Assembly: GCA_013239625.1 (NCBI GenBank)
Contig: MU054129.1
Location: forward strand, 510,536 to 556,896
Reading direction: 5' to 3'
DNA: 46,361 nt
DNA from: Lama guanicoe
Taxonomy: Eukaryota
Part shown: one piece after another, positions 1 through 13,190 of the stretch
Layout of the letters: each line of letters opens with the position of its first letter
Position numbering within the stretch: the first letter of the stretch is position 1
The notes under the pieces: model-generated
Seen by the model: the letters and a program-made list of their open reading frames with translations, nothing else
What the model was told of the DNA's origin: nothing
The model's database searches: none
Made by a program: the position numbers and the translations under genes

Positions 1-207
1 ACTACGACTAATCTCATAAAGCTTGCAGACATTCCAATGGGAATATGACTATTTGCATGTAAAGAAAAAGTTTTTCTTAAACCAACTTATAAATTTTAAT
101 TTGAAAACTTCCATCCCACTCTTAAGGGATTATTGTAAAATATGAAATAGACTATAAATTAATATAGACTGTCTTTAAAATCTTGAAATATATATCAAAA
201 TATACCA

Positions 208-495
208 CAGGAATTGTAAATTCAAATGCTTACAGAGGCAACATAGGTGGCCCGAGTAAGTCAAGGTCACAAGTGAGGACAGCAAACTGGAGAACACATG
301 CCCCACCGAGAAGGGGCCACCTCTGCAGAGCAGACCACATGGGAGCCTGGGCTCAAGGGGGACCAGATTTGATTCTTTAGGAGAAGTTCTGAAGTGTAGA
401 TTTCTGCACAAGTCTCCTAAATTTGAAATGTTGACTCAATGTGTGGAGACAAACCGAACATATCCAGGGCCACGTTTAGTCTATAGCCCACTTGT
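208..495 (+). mobile_element. Old hAT DNA transposon relic (MER103-like)
   Basis: aaattcaaatgcttacag...aactggagaacacatgcccc...ccagatt...tagattt...aatgttg pattern recalled from MER103C. Confidence 0.6.
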
Positions 496-730
496 GTTTT
501 TATGTTTGCTGTGTTTCCAAACAGTTGGGTATAAATCAAGTATTTGTATGTAAAACCTTGCCTTTCTTTAGAATCATACGTCTTACACAAAAAAACACTG
601 GGCCCCAACATGTAATAAAAATTGTGATTAAGACACATAATGCCCACTTCAAGAATTTTTCCAATGCCTACTAAAACTACAATCTATCTGTATCGAATTC
701 TCCATGATTGTTAATCAAATGGATAATTAG

Positions 731-941
731 GATTAAGAGGTATGAACAATCAGGCATAAAGTAAGGTACAAGGATGTATTGCACAACATGGGGAATAGAG
801 CCAATAGTTTATAATAACCGTAAGTGGAGCCTAACCCTTAAAAATTTGTGAAACACTCAACTGTATACCTGTAACATATAATATAGTACATCGACTATAC
901 CTCAATTAAAAAAATATACTGTAAAATAAATACATTTAAAA
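731..941 (+). mobile_element. L1 3'-UTR fragment flanked by ~100-bp direct repeats
   Basis: tacaaggatgtattgcacaacatggggaatagagccaata...ctatacctcaattaaaaaaa; flanks 630-730 and 942-1040. Confidence 0.85.
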
Positions 942-1127
942 AAGGCTCATAATACCCGCTTCAAGAATTTTTCCAGTGCCTACTAAGACTACAATACCTG
1001 TATCTAATTCTCCCCAATTGTTAATCAAATGGATAATTAGTTCATGAGATGGCTGAAACTAAATTATTGAAACAATTCCAATTTGTTACTAATGTCATGG
1101 GTCTTGATGTTTAAAACTGCCATCTTG

Positions 1128-1986
1128 CATGGTATACTTATATATAATGGAATACAACTCAGCCATAAAAAAGAATGGAATAATGCCATTTGCAGCAACA
1201 TGGAAGGACTTAGAGATTATCATACTGAGTGAGGTCAGAAAGTGAAAGACAAATCCCATAGGGTATCACTTAATATGTGGATTCTAAAAATGCGATACAA
1301 ATGAACTTATTTACAAAACAGAAATAGACTCTCATAGAAAACAAACTGATGGTTACCAAAGGGGAAAGGGGGTGGGAGAGGAATAAATTAGCAGTTTCGG
1401 ACTAGCAGATACAAATTACTATATATAAAATAGATGAACAACAAGGTCCTACTGTATATACTACAGGAACTATACTCAATATCCTGTAATAAACCATAAT
1501 GGAAAAGAATATTAATATGTGTATATATATATAATTGAATAAGAATACATATGTAACTGAGTAAGAATATATATAACTGATAAAAATATATATAACAGAA
1601 TAATATATACATAACTGAGTAAGTATATACATACAACTGAATAATATATATAACTGAATAAGAATATATATAACTGAATAATATATATAACTGAATAAAA
1701 TATGTAACTGAATAATATATATATAACTGAATAAGGATATATACAACTGAGTAAGAATATATACAACTGAGTAAGAACATATATAACTGAATAAGAATAT
1801 ATGTAACTGAATAAGAATATATATATAACTGAATAAGAATATATATAACTGAATAAAAATATATATGTAACTAAGATTGTATATACAACTGAATAAGAAT
1901 ATAGATATATATATAACTGAATCACTTTGCTGTGCACCAGAAACTATCGCAACACTGTAAATCAATTAGACTTTAATTTAAAAAAA
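1128..1986 (+). mobile_element. 5'-truncated artiodactyl-type L1 3' end with internal minisatellite
   Basis: aatgccatttgcagcaacatgga...aacaaggtcctactgtata...gaatcactttgctgtgcaccagaaact; TSD aaaactgccatcttg / aaaacctgtcatcttg. Confidence 0.92.
1535..1923. repeat. AT-rich minisatellite, ~17-26 bp unit (ataactgaataagaatatat)
   Basis: Visible tandem array of roughly 19 units. Confidence 0.95.
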
Positions 1987-2526
1987 CCTGTCATCTTGAT
2001 TATGCTAGGGCTCACTGAATCTAACAGATATATTGCAAGAGTCCATCACACAGCTTTAACCAAAAGAAGGCTCATGATTTCCTATTACTGCAATCAGAAA
2101 AACCCTGTTGACCTAATGACCTGGATGGGAACAAAAGGTGCAAAATCTTTAAAGGGTCCGAACTCTACTTATTGAATCACTCACCACAAGCAAGTTTCTA
2201 AGACTGTCTGAGTGCCACTGAATGATCAGTGGTTAGAAGGGAAAAGGAGCTATTCTTCCAGGCAATAGATACTGCCAGTAATATTGCCAATAAACTCCTC
2301 AATCACAGAGGAACAGACGGATAAAAGTCAGGCTAACACGGCTGGAAAGCAGAGCACTGAAAGCAGCAGCATCTATCAAACCCCTGCTCTTCCAGAGATG
2401 TCTTATTTTTGAGATCTGTGAATTTACACGCATTACACGAATCCATTCAATAGTCCTTAACCAAGGGTTGTATCAGAGTCTCAGGGAAGTATTTCTAAAT
2501 ACCTGAATAAATGTACTCAGATGTAG

Positions 2527-2697
<171 letters not shown>

Positions 2698-3185
2698 TGA
2701 ATGCCCCTGCTGGCTGGCTGTCAAACATGACCTGACCTCACTTGCCCAGATTCTAGAACCTGGGATCCTGGGGTGCTCAGGGCCTGTGGCTTGCTGTCTC
2801 CCCTGCCCAGGTGCAGTCACCCAGCTCCCCCTGCTGGGTACTGGGTTCCTTTCTCCTCCCACCCATCCCCAGGCAGGCAGCCAGCCCCTGCCATCACTTC
2901 ACTCCCCGCAAGCCTTCATCTTCTGTACGCTCTGAGCCTATCACCCACTTCCAGGCACTTCCTAATGGGACGTTGTTCCTTCTGGGGTAGAAGTGCGGCT
3001 GGGAGACAGAGCTCTGCCCTTTCTGTGGGCACTACCTCTAGCCTCTGGCCTTGGCTTTGGAGTTGTTTCCATGATAACAGGGCCTGATGTATTGTATTCA
3101 GTACACATATTACTATAAATAAAACACCCGTAGCTAGAAAAGACCCTGTATTTCAAATATCTTGTAAATAAAGTCAGTTGAGCTA

Positions 3186-3371
<186 letters not shown>

Positions 3372-3520
3372 TCATGCCAAGAAACAGACTGTAAGTGCTA
3401 GGCATTCCAAGTTAACAGTCCTCAAGTTCCAACAGTTCATTACATTTAAAACAAATTCATTTTTATTCTAAGTAATTAAATCAAATCAATCTCACGTGGA
3501 CACGGTTGGCTGCTACACAC

Positions 3521-3635
3521 CTTGATGAGAGCTGTCTTGCCTTCCTCATCACGAGCATTCAGATCACACTTCCACTGGATAAGGAGAGCCACCACTGATG
3601 ACTGGCCTCTGGTGCAGGCTAAGTGTAGGGCAGTC
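3521..3635 (-). CDS. ANKRD26/POTE-family gene, coding exon 2 (ankyrin repeat)
   Basis: cag|G ACT GCC CTA CAC...ATC AAG|gtgtgt; (R)TALHLACTRGQSSVVALLIQWKCDLNARDEEGKTALIK; 115 bp, the family-typical exon size. Confidence 0.95.
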
Positions 3636-4303
3636 CTGCGAACGTTAAGAGGACTGTTTAGGAAATCAGAGCTTACTAGTTCAAAGATACAGTTACTCAC
3701 GTAGTTGTCAACATTCAACAGCATGCTATTCCTACCCCTTTGAAACTAACATTTAGTCTTATCTTAGTTCTTTCTATGGGGAAAGAACAATATTTATTAG
3801 CTCTTATTACTCACCACATTAATGGAAGAACTACCTGTTTGAATAGAAAGGGCATGCCGTTGAGATTCAGCTCAACTTGGGTCTGACTTCTACTTTAACA
3901 CTGTCCCTTATTAGCTCTCACTTAGCCTGACTGTGCCTCAATATCCTCATCAACAAAACGGGCATGAAGTAGTAGTTATCTTACAGGATGCCACTGTGAT
4001 GCTTAAATGAAAAGCTATGCAAGGTGTCTGGCAGTTCCTTACACAAAATAACAGCTCAATAATTGTTAGGCAATACTATAATTGTTACCGTTACTATTTT
4101 ACAAAGATAACATTTCAACTAAGTAAAAGGATAGTGTATCTACTTTGTTGCTGCAAGGATGAGAGAGAACACTGTACTTCAATGATTCTAACATGCTCAT
4201 TGTCTCACACTTCAACATCTCTGACATGGGAAGGCAGTTTAAAATTCATGTCTTACAGCCATAGTTGGCAGCTCCTCACCCCGCCCCGCCCTGCTGCTGT
4301 TAC

Positions 4304-4518
4304 CTGTTCTTCCTGTCTCTGCTGTCTACGACATTTTCCTCACGAGACAGCAACTCCTCCACTGTACAACTGGCACCTAAATATGCGGCTCTGTGGAACT
4401 CCTTTAGCTCACTCTTACGGACGTGATACCCAGGCACGGGCTTCTCACAAACCCCTCGCGCTCTCTGACGGGCGCTGAAGCCCACCGAGCTCACGAACTC
4501 AAAGACTCTCTTCTTCAT
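4304..4518 (-). CDS. ANKRD26/POTE-family ankyrin-repeat gene, coding exon 1
   Basis: ATG at 4518; MKKRVFEF...PGYHVRKSELKEFHRAAYLGASCTVEELLSREENVVDSRDRKNR resembles ANKRD26 exon 1 (PGYHVRDRDLGKIHKAA...NDRDKMNR); 215 bp, phase 2, donor AG|gtaac. Confidence 0.9.
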
Positions 4519-4800
4519 CTGGCTTATCGCCTTCCGACACCGCTCACTTCCCTCCTGGCCTCTTGCCGCCTCCCGATCTCAGCGCTGGCGCTACAGAAGA
4601 GCCACAGAGGTCTCGCTGCCACACCTTGGCTGCAAAGCTCAACGGCTCGGAATGTTTGGTTCGGAACACTCGTGGCCTAGCAACAGCACTGACCCTCAAC
4701 TGCCCCTCAACTGTCCCTCCAGAGCCAGTGTTCCTGTGAGTGCACACAGAGGCCCAGAGGCCCGGAGGCCCAGTGTGCCCAGTGTGCACGTGGGAGCCAA
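4519..4800 (-). promoter_or_regulatory. Probable 5'UTR/proximal promoter of the ankyrin-repeat gene
   Basis: Locally GC/CpG-enriched sequence immediately upstream of the ATG; TSS not determinable. Confidence 0.45.
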
Positions 4801-5849
4801 AGGCATTTCAAATCTCTGCAATTGCTTGTGGGCCATTTTGGATTCCCTTCAAATGTTGGTGCTAGGTGGCTGAGTGTTTTGGGACATTGCCAGAAGTGAG
4901 GCTTGCCCCTGAGAAAGCCATGTTTGTATGCAACTGTGGTTACAGTGGGGTGGAACCACAGGATGCTGAAGGCCTCGTCACCCAGAGAGCTCCCCATCAA
5001 AAATCTCTAAATCTCCTTATCCCTCCGTTCATTCCTTTTCACATCCCTCTGGGCCCCAGCCAGTCTCCATGGAATTCAGCAGATGCAAACAGCAAAAAGC
5101 TGTTTTCATGGTTTCAGAGATTGTGGCAATATGTATCATTAAGCACAAACTTGAGAAACCAATACACGCTCTCCAGATGAAATGAAAACGTGTTTATGCA
5201 TGTCTGCTGACCCTGCTCTGTGGCTCAGCCTTATGTTTACACGCTCTCTTCACTTTATTTTATTTTTTGCTTTTATTTCCACCAAGTAAATCTTTAATCA
5301 ATCAAAGATTTATTTGGGAGCATGGTATAACATTTGAGAGCTTTTTAATCACGTAACTATGGAAACACATCAGTTACTCAGCGAGGCCACGCTGCTGGCT
5401 GACCACTTGCAGGAGAAGGGGAAGGCAGGGCAGGCCTCTTCTTCCTGCCAAACTCCATCCTTCCTCCCTCAGCTGGCTAATTATGGTCTCTGGCCCTGCC
5501 AGGATCAAAACTGCAGGGGGCGGTAGAGTTCCTAAGTGGCTGACACTCCTGGGAGCTGGTCTTGAGTGGACTCCACCTGGCAAGTGTTTTGAAGCTGACT
5601 CTCTCAGGAGCATTTCTGGGCCCACGCCTGCCATCACCTGCAACTCCCCTGACCTAAGTAAATGTGGTGTTACTAATTTACCCTTTTAATCTATTTTTTC
5701 TATTAGCATACACTGTTATTTCCCTCGCCTTAAAAAAAAAAAGATGCGTTCACCCTCCAGCTGCGGCTCCATCTCTCTGCTCTCCGGCACACACGCCTCC
5801 TGCCCCTGCAAAGGAGCTGTTCCCATTCGCTTCCTCTGATTCCTCTCAT

Positions 5850-6285
5850 TTTCCATCCAAGCAAGCGTGTCCACTGACTGCGACTGCTCATGACAGGATC
5901 CCCCACCACCCACCAGGTGCTGACTTCACGGGCAGCTCTGTCCTCTCCTCGCACGGCCTGGCAGCCACACTTCCCACCGCTGCTCTCCTTGACTTCTTCA
6001 AGCCCTTTCCTCACGGGGCTTCCCGGGTCTCAGGCTGCTCTGGTTTCCTCCCACGGCCCTGGCCGGTCTTCTCAGTCCCAGCCCCTGAGTGCTGGCACAC
6101 AGCACCCCTGAGGCTCAGTCTTCCGGCCTCCACTACTGTCTGCTGCCGCCCACATCAACCTTAGGGCTTTATGTATTCTCTACAAGTTGACAACCTCCAA
6201 ACTGCTATTTCTAACCTAGACCTCCCTCCTGTATTCCAGACTCAAATACCCACTGCCTCTCAACGTCATCTCTTGCAAGTTTAAT
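5850..6285. mobile_element. Degenerate L2 fragment
   Basis: ctccaaact...ctagacctccctcctgtattccagactcaaatacccactgcct pattern typical of L2. Confidence 0.55.
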
Positions 6286-6289
6286 AGGA

Positions 6290-6603
6290 CTTCTCCTGGG
6301 CCTGCCCTCTGCTGGGCCTGCACTCACCTGTGCCTCCCCTCTGCTGGGCCTGCCCTCTCCTAGGGCTGCACTCTCCTGGGTGTACCCTCACCTGAGCCAA
6401 CATGTAATTTGCCTGCCCTCTCCTGGGCCTGCCCTCAACTGGGCCTGCTCTCTCCTGGAACTGCCCTCACCTGGGACTGCCGTCACCTGGTCCTGCCCAC
6501 TCATGGACCTGCCCTTTCCTGTGCATGCCGTCAACTGTGCCTGAACACACCTGGTCCTGCCCTTCGACCTGCCCTCTCCTCATCTTGCCCTCTCTCTCCT
6601 GGG
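6290..6603. repeat. Degenerate ~17-bp minisatellite (cctgccctctcctgggc)
   Basis: Repeated cctgccctc[t/a]cctggg units. Confidence 0.8.
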
Positions 6604-6604
6604 G

Positions 6605-6984
6605 AAGCCAGAAAAACAAAGAAAAATACAATATGAGATCACTCATATGTGCAATCTTAAAAAAATAAATAAATATGAAACAGTAACACACTCATAGACA
6701 TAGAATACAAACTTGTGGTTGCCAAGGGGGTGGGGGATGGGAAAGGACAGACTGGGAGTTTGAAATTTGCAGATACTGACAGGTATATGCAGAATAGATA
6801 AACAAGATTGTAAAGTATAGCACAGGGAAATATATACAAGATCTTAGGGTACCTCAGAATAAAAAAATGTGACAATGAATATATGTATGTTCATGTGTAA
6901 GTGAAAAATTGTGCTCTGCACTGGAAATTGACACAATATTGTAAACTGACTATAACTCAATAAAAAAAATGTAAAAAAAAAAAA
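6605..6984 (+). mobile_element. Camelid-type L1 3' end with polyA tail
   Basis: aacttgtggttgccaagggg...gcagatactgac...gacacaatattgtaaactgactataactcaataaaaaaa. Confidence 0.88.
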
Positions 6985-8374
6985 GTGCTCCATTGAAAGC
7001 TATGGTTATGTGCTGATCTTTCAGGGACAAAGACTAGGTTGGAGCTAAATGTACAGCCTGAAAGAGAAAGGGATTTCAACTACTCTGACCACTTCCTGTT
7101 GAATGAAACAGAGAAGCTAAGCCCTCACATTTCAAAGGGTGACAGGAAGTCAGGGGCCCGGTATGCCCTCTCCCACCTAGGCCTGGGTGGAAACAGTGGG
7201 AAGCCCCAGCCAGGGCCACAGGCAACAGCAGCCTCACCTGTGCCCATCTGGACAGACTGGCATGGCCCCATGAGCTCTGGGCCTGCCTGCAAGCCCCATG
7301 GTGGCCATGGGGGTCACTACCATCCTGGGCCTCTGTGGCCTCTCTGAACTCACCCCTCCCCAATCCCATCTTTCAGGGAAGGATCTACAAACCCAGCCAG
7401 AGGGGATGCAGGACAGCGGGGCAGAGAAGAAAGGTCATTCCAAGCATCTCCCAGCCTCCCTGAAGCCCCACTCTCTGAACAGGAGCCCATGTCAGTGCAG
7501 AGACCCCTCCCACCTCTGCCTCCTCACATCAAGAGTGACCTATTCTTTGGAGGATGAGGGTGGGGTCAGACATCAGTGTCTGGCTGTGACTTTGACATCC
7601 AACTGCCTCCTCTCTGCCCCACCCACCCTGCTGCCTGTCACATGGCCCCTCGGGTGCCCCTTCAGTCTCCCACCTGCACTCCTGCCAGGAAGCTCCCTTC
7701 CTCCCTTAACCCCTCCAGACTCTCCTGGAGCTAAAGCCTGGACCCACCACTGCCTCCTGCCTTGGCCAGGCCAGCACTGTGACCCTCCCCCCATTTCAAG
7801 GTGAAGAAATTGAGGCTCAGACAGGGTCATAGTGAGGAGGCAGGAGTACCCACCCCTGAACTCACAGACTCACCCCAATCTCATGACCCTGCGGTGACCT
7901 GCACTGCTCAAGGAGAGGGTGCTGGCCATGTGCCACCCGCTCACACCAGGAGGGGGGCGCTCCTGGCCTGGGTGAGTGGGGATGCAGCAGAGCTGTCCTG
8001 GCCTCAGGAAACCAGCACCGCCCACCCTGGACTCACCCCCACATGAACCCTGGGAAGTTCCTTCTGCCTCTAACTTCACTTTTCCCATCCTTCCTAAAGC
8101 CCCTGGCCGGCCATCGCCCCACACAGAGCTAGGCCAGCAGGTGGAGAAGGGAGACTGAAGTCCGTACCCCAGTGCCCGCCCGGCCTCCTGGTGCCAGCAC
8201 CTCTGCTCTGCTGTCCGTGCACATGCCGGCCTCCTGCCCACAGGGACTCGTTGCTTCTTGTTGCCTGGGCCCAGCAGTGACCCAAGGTCGGTCACTGTTC
8301 TGCAGTCCCCTCCTGGCGTCCTTCCTGACAGGTCTTCTAGGCACAGCAGGAGCTGGGCGTGGGTGGCCTCCTGG

Positions 8375-8451
8375 TTAAGAAGGCACCATGAACATCTCCT
8401 TTCTTTTCTAATAGAAAGGCAGTGACTTCAAGAAAATGATACTTGGGTAAT
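8375..8451 (-). pseudogene. VPS8: Second, 3'-truncated copy of the VPS8 ITQKY exon
   Basis: tag|ATTACCCAAGTATCATTTTCTTGAAGTCACTGCCTTTCTATTAGAAAAGAAAGGAGATGTTCATGGTGCCTTCTTAA; 2-bp deletion, donor missing. Confidence 0.85.
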
Positions 8452-9046
8452 CTAGGAAATACAAGATAAACCTTCACAAATCCAGTTCCTGGAGTCTCAA
8501 GATCCTAGAAAGATGGGGGAAAAAAACTTGATAATAAATAATGAATTCAGACCCTAGTTGTACACTACTTTACAGTATCATGTGCAAACATCTGACTTTC
8601 CAGTCTTGGAATGGCCCATTTGGGACACTAACTGAACCAGGGCCACCATTTTTTTCCACTTTTTTCTAAGTTGTTCTGCACCTGAATTATGTGTATCCAC
8701 GACACAAAAGGTAACATGAACATATAAACAGTAATAGTATACTCCAGAAACTGACAAGCGTGACTATACACAAAATATTTAGAACAAAATGACGATGACA
8801 CCACTACACACTAGCTTGTGGAACCTCAGTAAAAATTCATAAACTGAGAGTATCTAGTGAGTAAACAAGAAATGCCAACTAAGCTACGAGGAAACAAAGA
8901 AAAGTAGTACAGAAAAGAATGTCATAGAAAGAAACAGAGAGACAAGTTTTAAAAAATCCTCAATTCGTCTCTGAAAAAATAAAGTAGAATAATACTTTCC
9001 TACTAAGAAAAAAGAGAAGCACACGTAACATATTAACAGTTTAACA
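8375..9046. repeat. Diverged direct duplicate of ~15138-15850 (VPS8 exon plus upstream intron)
   Basis: Collinear shared blocks such as ggcccatttggga, cctgaattatgtgtatcca, gacacaaaaggtaacatgaa, aaaatatttagaacaaaatgac, aataaagtagaataatacttt. Confidence 0.92.
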
Positions 9047-10321
9047 CTAAGTCAGCCCGTTTATAAATCTCTGCCATCTGTGACGCCTTTCTGTCTACCC
9101 CTCACCCCGCACACTTAGACGAACTGTTCATGTTGTTACTTCTACCACCGTGTTCTCATACGCCCACTCCTTTCACCCCGGAAGCCCTTCCATACCTCGA
9201 CTGCACTCCTGCAGCCGCCCCTTCGTTACACTGTCCAAATCTTGCCTTCCTCATTCCCTTTTATACCAACAGTAGAGCTCTCTTCAACACAAAGCCAAAC
9301 ACATCAGTCTCACTCACAGAAGCCATCAAAGGCGCCTGTTTTTTTAAAAGCAGAATGTCAGCCAACCTCTGACCCTAAATAAACACAGGAAACATTCCGC
9401 TACACCTTCTCACCTCCCACTCCTGTATCACTGGGTCATCTCCTGCTCCCCGAGGGGACCAGCCAGGTGCTTTCACGATCATGTTCCCCTCAGCCTACAG
9501 GACACTTCCCTTGGTTCTGCCTCTCAAATTCCTATTCATCATTCCAGTCTTAGTTAGTTTCAATGTCACATCTCCCATGAAAGTACCTCTGATCCATCAG
9601 TTACGAATAATTCCCTAATTTCCAACAATCCTTTGCCACTCTCACTGTACCTCTTTTGTAAAACACAATTCTACCTGCATTGGAAGTTTCAATTTACATT
9701 ATCTGTCTCCTTCAAGAGACTACAGTTCTTTGGGTGATGACTGTGTTTTAGCCATCTGTGCGTAACCTTTAGGAACTAGGACAGTGTCCTGTAATAAGCA
9801 AATACTACACAACTCTTAAGTGTACAGTCAGAATTGGATCTGACAGTAAATGGATGAGACTACTACTGAGAAATTTATCTTCACTGGAATTCAACAAACT
9901 GACTTCTCCAGACACATCACCCACAAATCACTACAGTGACCTTGGGGAAGCATTTTCTCTACTTTTCCCTCAATCTTTCATGTAATGTCTGCAGAAATTA
10001 CGTTCATAACAATAAACTGAAAAACAAAAATGCAATAAATGCAACAAACCTAACAGTCAAGTTGGCTGAACACATTCTGACACTACAAAAATAGTAGTTA
10101 AGGTTTAGCTGAACTAAATATGAAAAAGCCAATCAAGCATTTATGGAAGTTCCAAAAACAGATAATCTACACAGAATTAGGATAAAGGTATTTAAAGGAA
10201 TGTGTGGGCTAAGGAGTCCAAGAAATGCGTCAGTGTGTTCAAAGGGTAAAACAATCTAAAAATCACCTACCAAGTGATTCTCTGAACCTCAGGAGGGCTA
10301 TTTGAAAACATCAAGTCATAG

Positions 10322-11502
10322 GAAAACAATCCAATTCAAAAGCGGGCAAAGGATTTTAATGGACCTTTCTCCAAAGAAGACATACAAATGGCCAGTAAGG
10401 CCAAGAAAAGATGCTCAGCATCACTAATTATTAGGGAAATGCTTATCAAAACTACACTGAGATGCAACCGCACACCCACTAGGCTGGGCACTATCAAGAA
10501 AACAGACTATGACACGCGTCAGTGAAGACGTAGAGCCTTGCAACCCTTTGTGCACTGCTGGCGAGAATGTAAAATGATACACCACTATGGAAAACGATAC
10601 AGCAGTTCCTTAAAAAGTTAAAAATAGAATTACCACTTAATCCAGCAATCCCGCTTCTCGGTGTATACCCAGAAGAATTCAAAGCAGGGACTCTAAAGAT
10701 ACTTGCACACTCATGTTCCTAACAGTATTATTCACAATAGTCAAAAGGTGGAAGCAACCCATGGATGGATAAACAAAATGTGGTATATACATAAAATGGA
10801 TTATTATTTAACCTTAAAAATGAATGAAATTCATTTACAAAAATGAACTTATTTATAAAACAGAAAAAGACACACAGACAGAAAACACATTTATGGTTGC
10901 CAAGGGGGAAAAGGGGTGGGAAGGGATAAATTGGGAGTCCGAGACTTGCAGATACTAACTACTCAATAAATAGAATAAATATCAAGATTCTTCTGTAGAG
11001 CACAGGGAGCTATATTCGGTATCTTGTAGTAATGTATAATGAAAAAGAACATGAAAAATAATTTATCTATGTATATGTATGACTGAAACATTATGCTATA
11101 TACCAGAAATTGACACAATATTGTAAACTGGCTATCTTTCCATTTAAAAAAACAAAAAGGATGAAATTCTGACGTGTGCCGCAACATGGACCAATCTTGA
11201 AGACGTAATACTAAATGTAATAAGCTAGACAAAAAGGGACAAATGTGGCTTGATTCCACTTATACAAGATACACAGAATAATCAAATTCAGAAAGGACAA
11301 TGCTTAACGGGCTACGTCAGGAGGAGGGATGGGGAGTAACTGTCTAACGGGCACAGAGTTTCAGTTTGGGAAGCTGATATGGTTCTGGAGATGGATGGCT
11401 GTGGATTACACAACAATGTGAATGTACTTATTGCCACTGAACTGAATACTTAAAAATGGCTACAATACTGAATTTTATGTTATGTATATTGTACCACAAT
11501 TT
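10322..11502 (+). mobile_element. Old L1 (L1MB-like) 3' region with a nested younger L1 3' end at ~10832-11157
   Basis: ORF2 C-terminal/3'UTR motifs (ccaaagaagacatacaaatggcc, ccagcaatcccgcttct); nested insert bounded by aaaaatgaatgaaattc / aaaaaggatgaaattc. Confidence 0.88.
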
Positions 11503-12021
11503 TATAGAATCAGTAATTTTTTTACTATCAAGGAATGTCATGGAAACTATATGTCTGTGACAAAGACTTATAATTCTAAACTGTCAAACTTTGCTGCATT
11601 GTGCTAAAATTACATAAATTCAACACAGAAAAACTGGCTACTACTGAGTAATTAGAAGCCCACTTTGCTGTTGTTCAGCACATTATACTAATTTTTAGGG
11701 TGTCAGTATGTACCTCATTTTTAATAACCAAAACACAAGTACAAAAACATAGCCAAAAAATTCATCAGGATCAGTGAAGAGCACCTAAGTTCCTGTACAA
11801 CGACCTCTCCTGACAATTAGCAGCACAAAATCACAACGGTTCCTTTCACTTCCTACTAGAAGCACTTGAAAACAAAGACAAAATTGGGATCACTATTAAA
11901 GTGGATAAACAGTAATTATGCAGGTCAATGTAATTACTGTTTAACAGATACAGTTATCATTCAACATTTTTTAAAATGGGTCCACGGAAAAACAAATCAT
12001 CAATTATACTCAAGAACCGAC

Positions 12022-12064
12022 GTTCATCTTGATGTGCTCTCTCTGGAAGCTCGCTTTGCAGTCT
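12022..12064 (-). pseudogene. VPS8: VPS8 partial duplicate short exon (RLQSELPERAHQDE)
   Basis: tag|AGACTGCAAAGC...GATGAAC|gtcgg; 43 bp; matches VPS8 RLQSKLQEVTHQGE in the expected order. Confidence 0.82.
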
Positions 12065-12429
12065 CTAGGAGGTGAAAGGAACACTTTATATCTCTCATCC
12101 ATCAATATCTGAATTAACATATTTTAAAGATAAAACCCAAGAAACAACAAAGTTATTAAGAGTGATCTCTGTCATTTACATGAGACTTGCTCTGTATACA
12201 GAAAGCATCACTAGTTGCACTGGAACAGATTCAAAATACCAAATATCACCAATTGTGCCCCACTTTCGCCTCCGTTGTGCCACCACACTCAATCATGACG
12301 TTCTTTAGGCAAAGCAATGAAGATTACGATTAATCCAAACTTACAGTAAGGGAGTAAAATTCATACTGGGTTATGAGAAAGAGGGATGGGTGGGAATAAA
12401 AGGCATGACAGATCTATCGCGACAGCATA

Positions 12430-13190
12430 GTGCACAGCCTCGGGTGTGGCCTCTCCTCAACATGCAGCTGCAGGATCCCCTGTTCTGCTGAATTCTGGAT
12501 TCTTACACCCCCTCAACTGATGTTCCAAAGGCTTCTTAATACAAGCTGAAGCTCATCTTCATCTACCCCTTCTACCCAAATCTTCTCCTTTCCCTGAGGT
12601 TCCTCACAGGCTCATGTTAAGCTGAACTTCAGAGTCATCATTAATCCCCTCTCCTTCACCCTATACCACATTCAAATGATCAGTAAGTTCTCAAATCCAC
12701 CTCCTCTCACTCCAAGACCACTGCCACGCCCAGCTCACATCCTGAGTCACACCTGTACTACTGCAGTACCCCCCAAGTGCTCTCTGCTTCCGGTGTTCCC
12801 TCCCTCTTCCCCCTTCTCCACCCTCCTCTCATAGATCCTCCTAGGGTCCACAGAGCAGACTTTATGAAACATACTATCACATCAGCTCCTTGTTTAAAAA
12901 CCTTCAGCTGATCCTGTGTGAAATCATTACCAGTCCCAATTCTTTATAGCATGTCTTACAAAATCTTTCCAAATCCGGACCTAACTTCTGTCTCTAGCCT
13001 GACCTGCCTATACATGGACAGTTGTGCCCCCGTAGGGCTGCCGGTTCCTCTCCTACAAGCTCGTATTTCTTCACGTCCCTGTGCCTTTGCAAATGGCCAT
13101 CTCACTCCCTGGGAGGACCTCCCGCTTCCCCACTCCCTATCCAGGCCACGAGTACTTTTACTTACCCTTTAAAGTTAGGTTCATGATGTC
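12430..13190. mobile_element. Degenerate L2 fragment
   Basis: Pyrimidine-rich L2-like motifs (gagtcatc...cacattcaa, tgtttaaaaaccttca, gcctttgca). Confidence 0.5.

Noticed and set aside
1535..1923. CRISPR-like periodic array
   Set aside because: Head-to-tail units with no unique spacers, mammalian context and no cas genes
1388..1965. Three long Y/I/S/L-rich minus-strand ORFs
   Set aside because: Artefacts of the AT-rich minisatellite within an L1 3'UTR
7039..8378. Cluster of GC-rich ORFs
   Set aside because: No recognisable protein or consistent exon structure; CpG-depleted GC-rich DNA with a MIR-like remnant near 7790-7830
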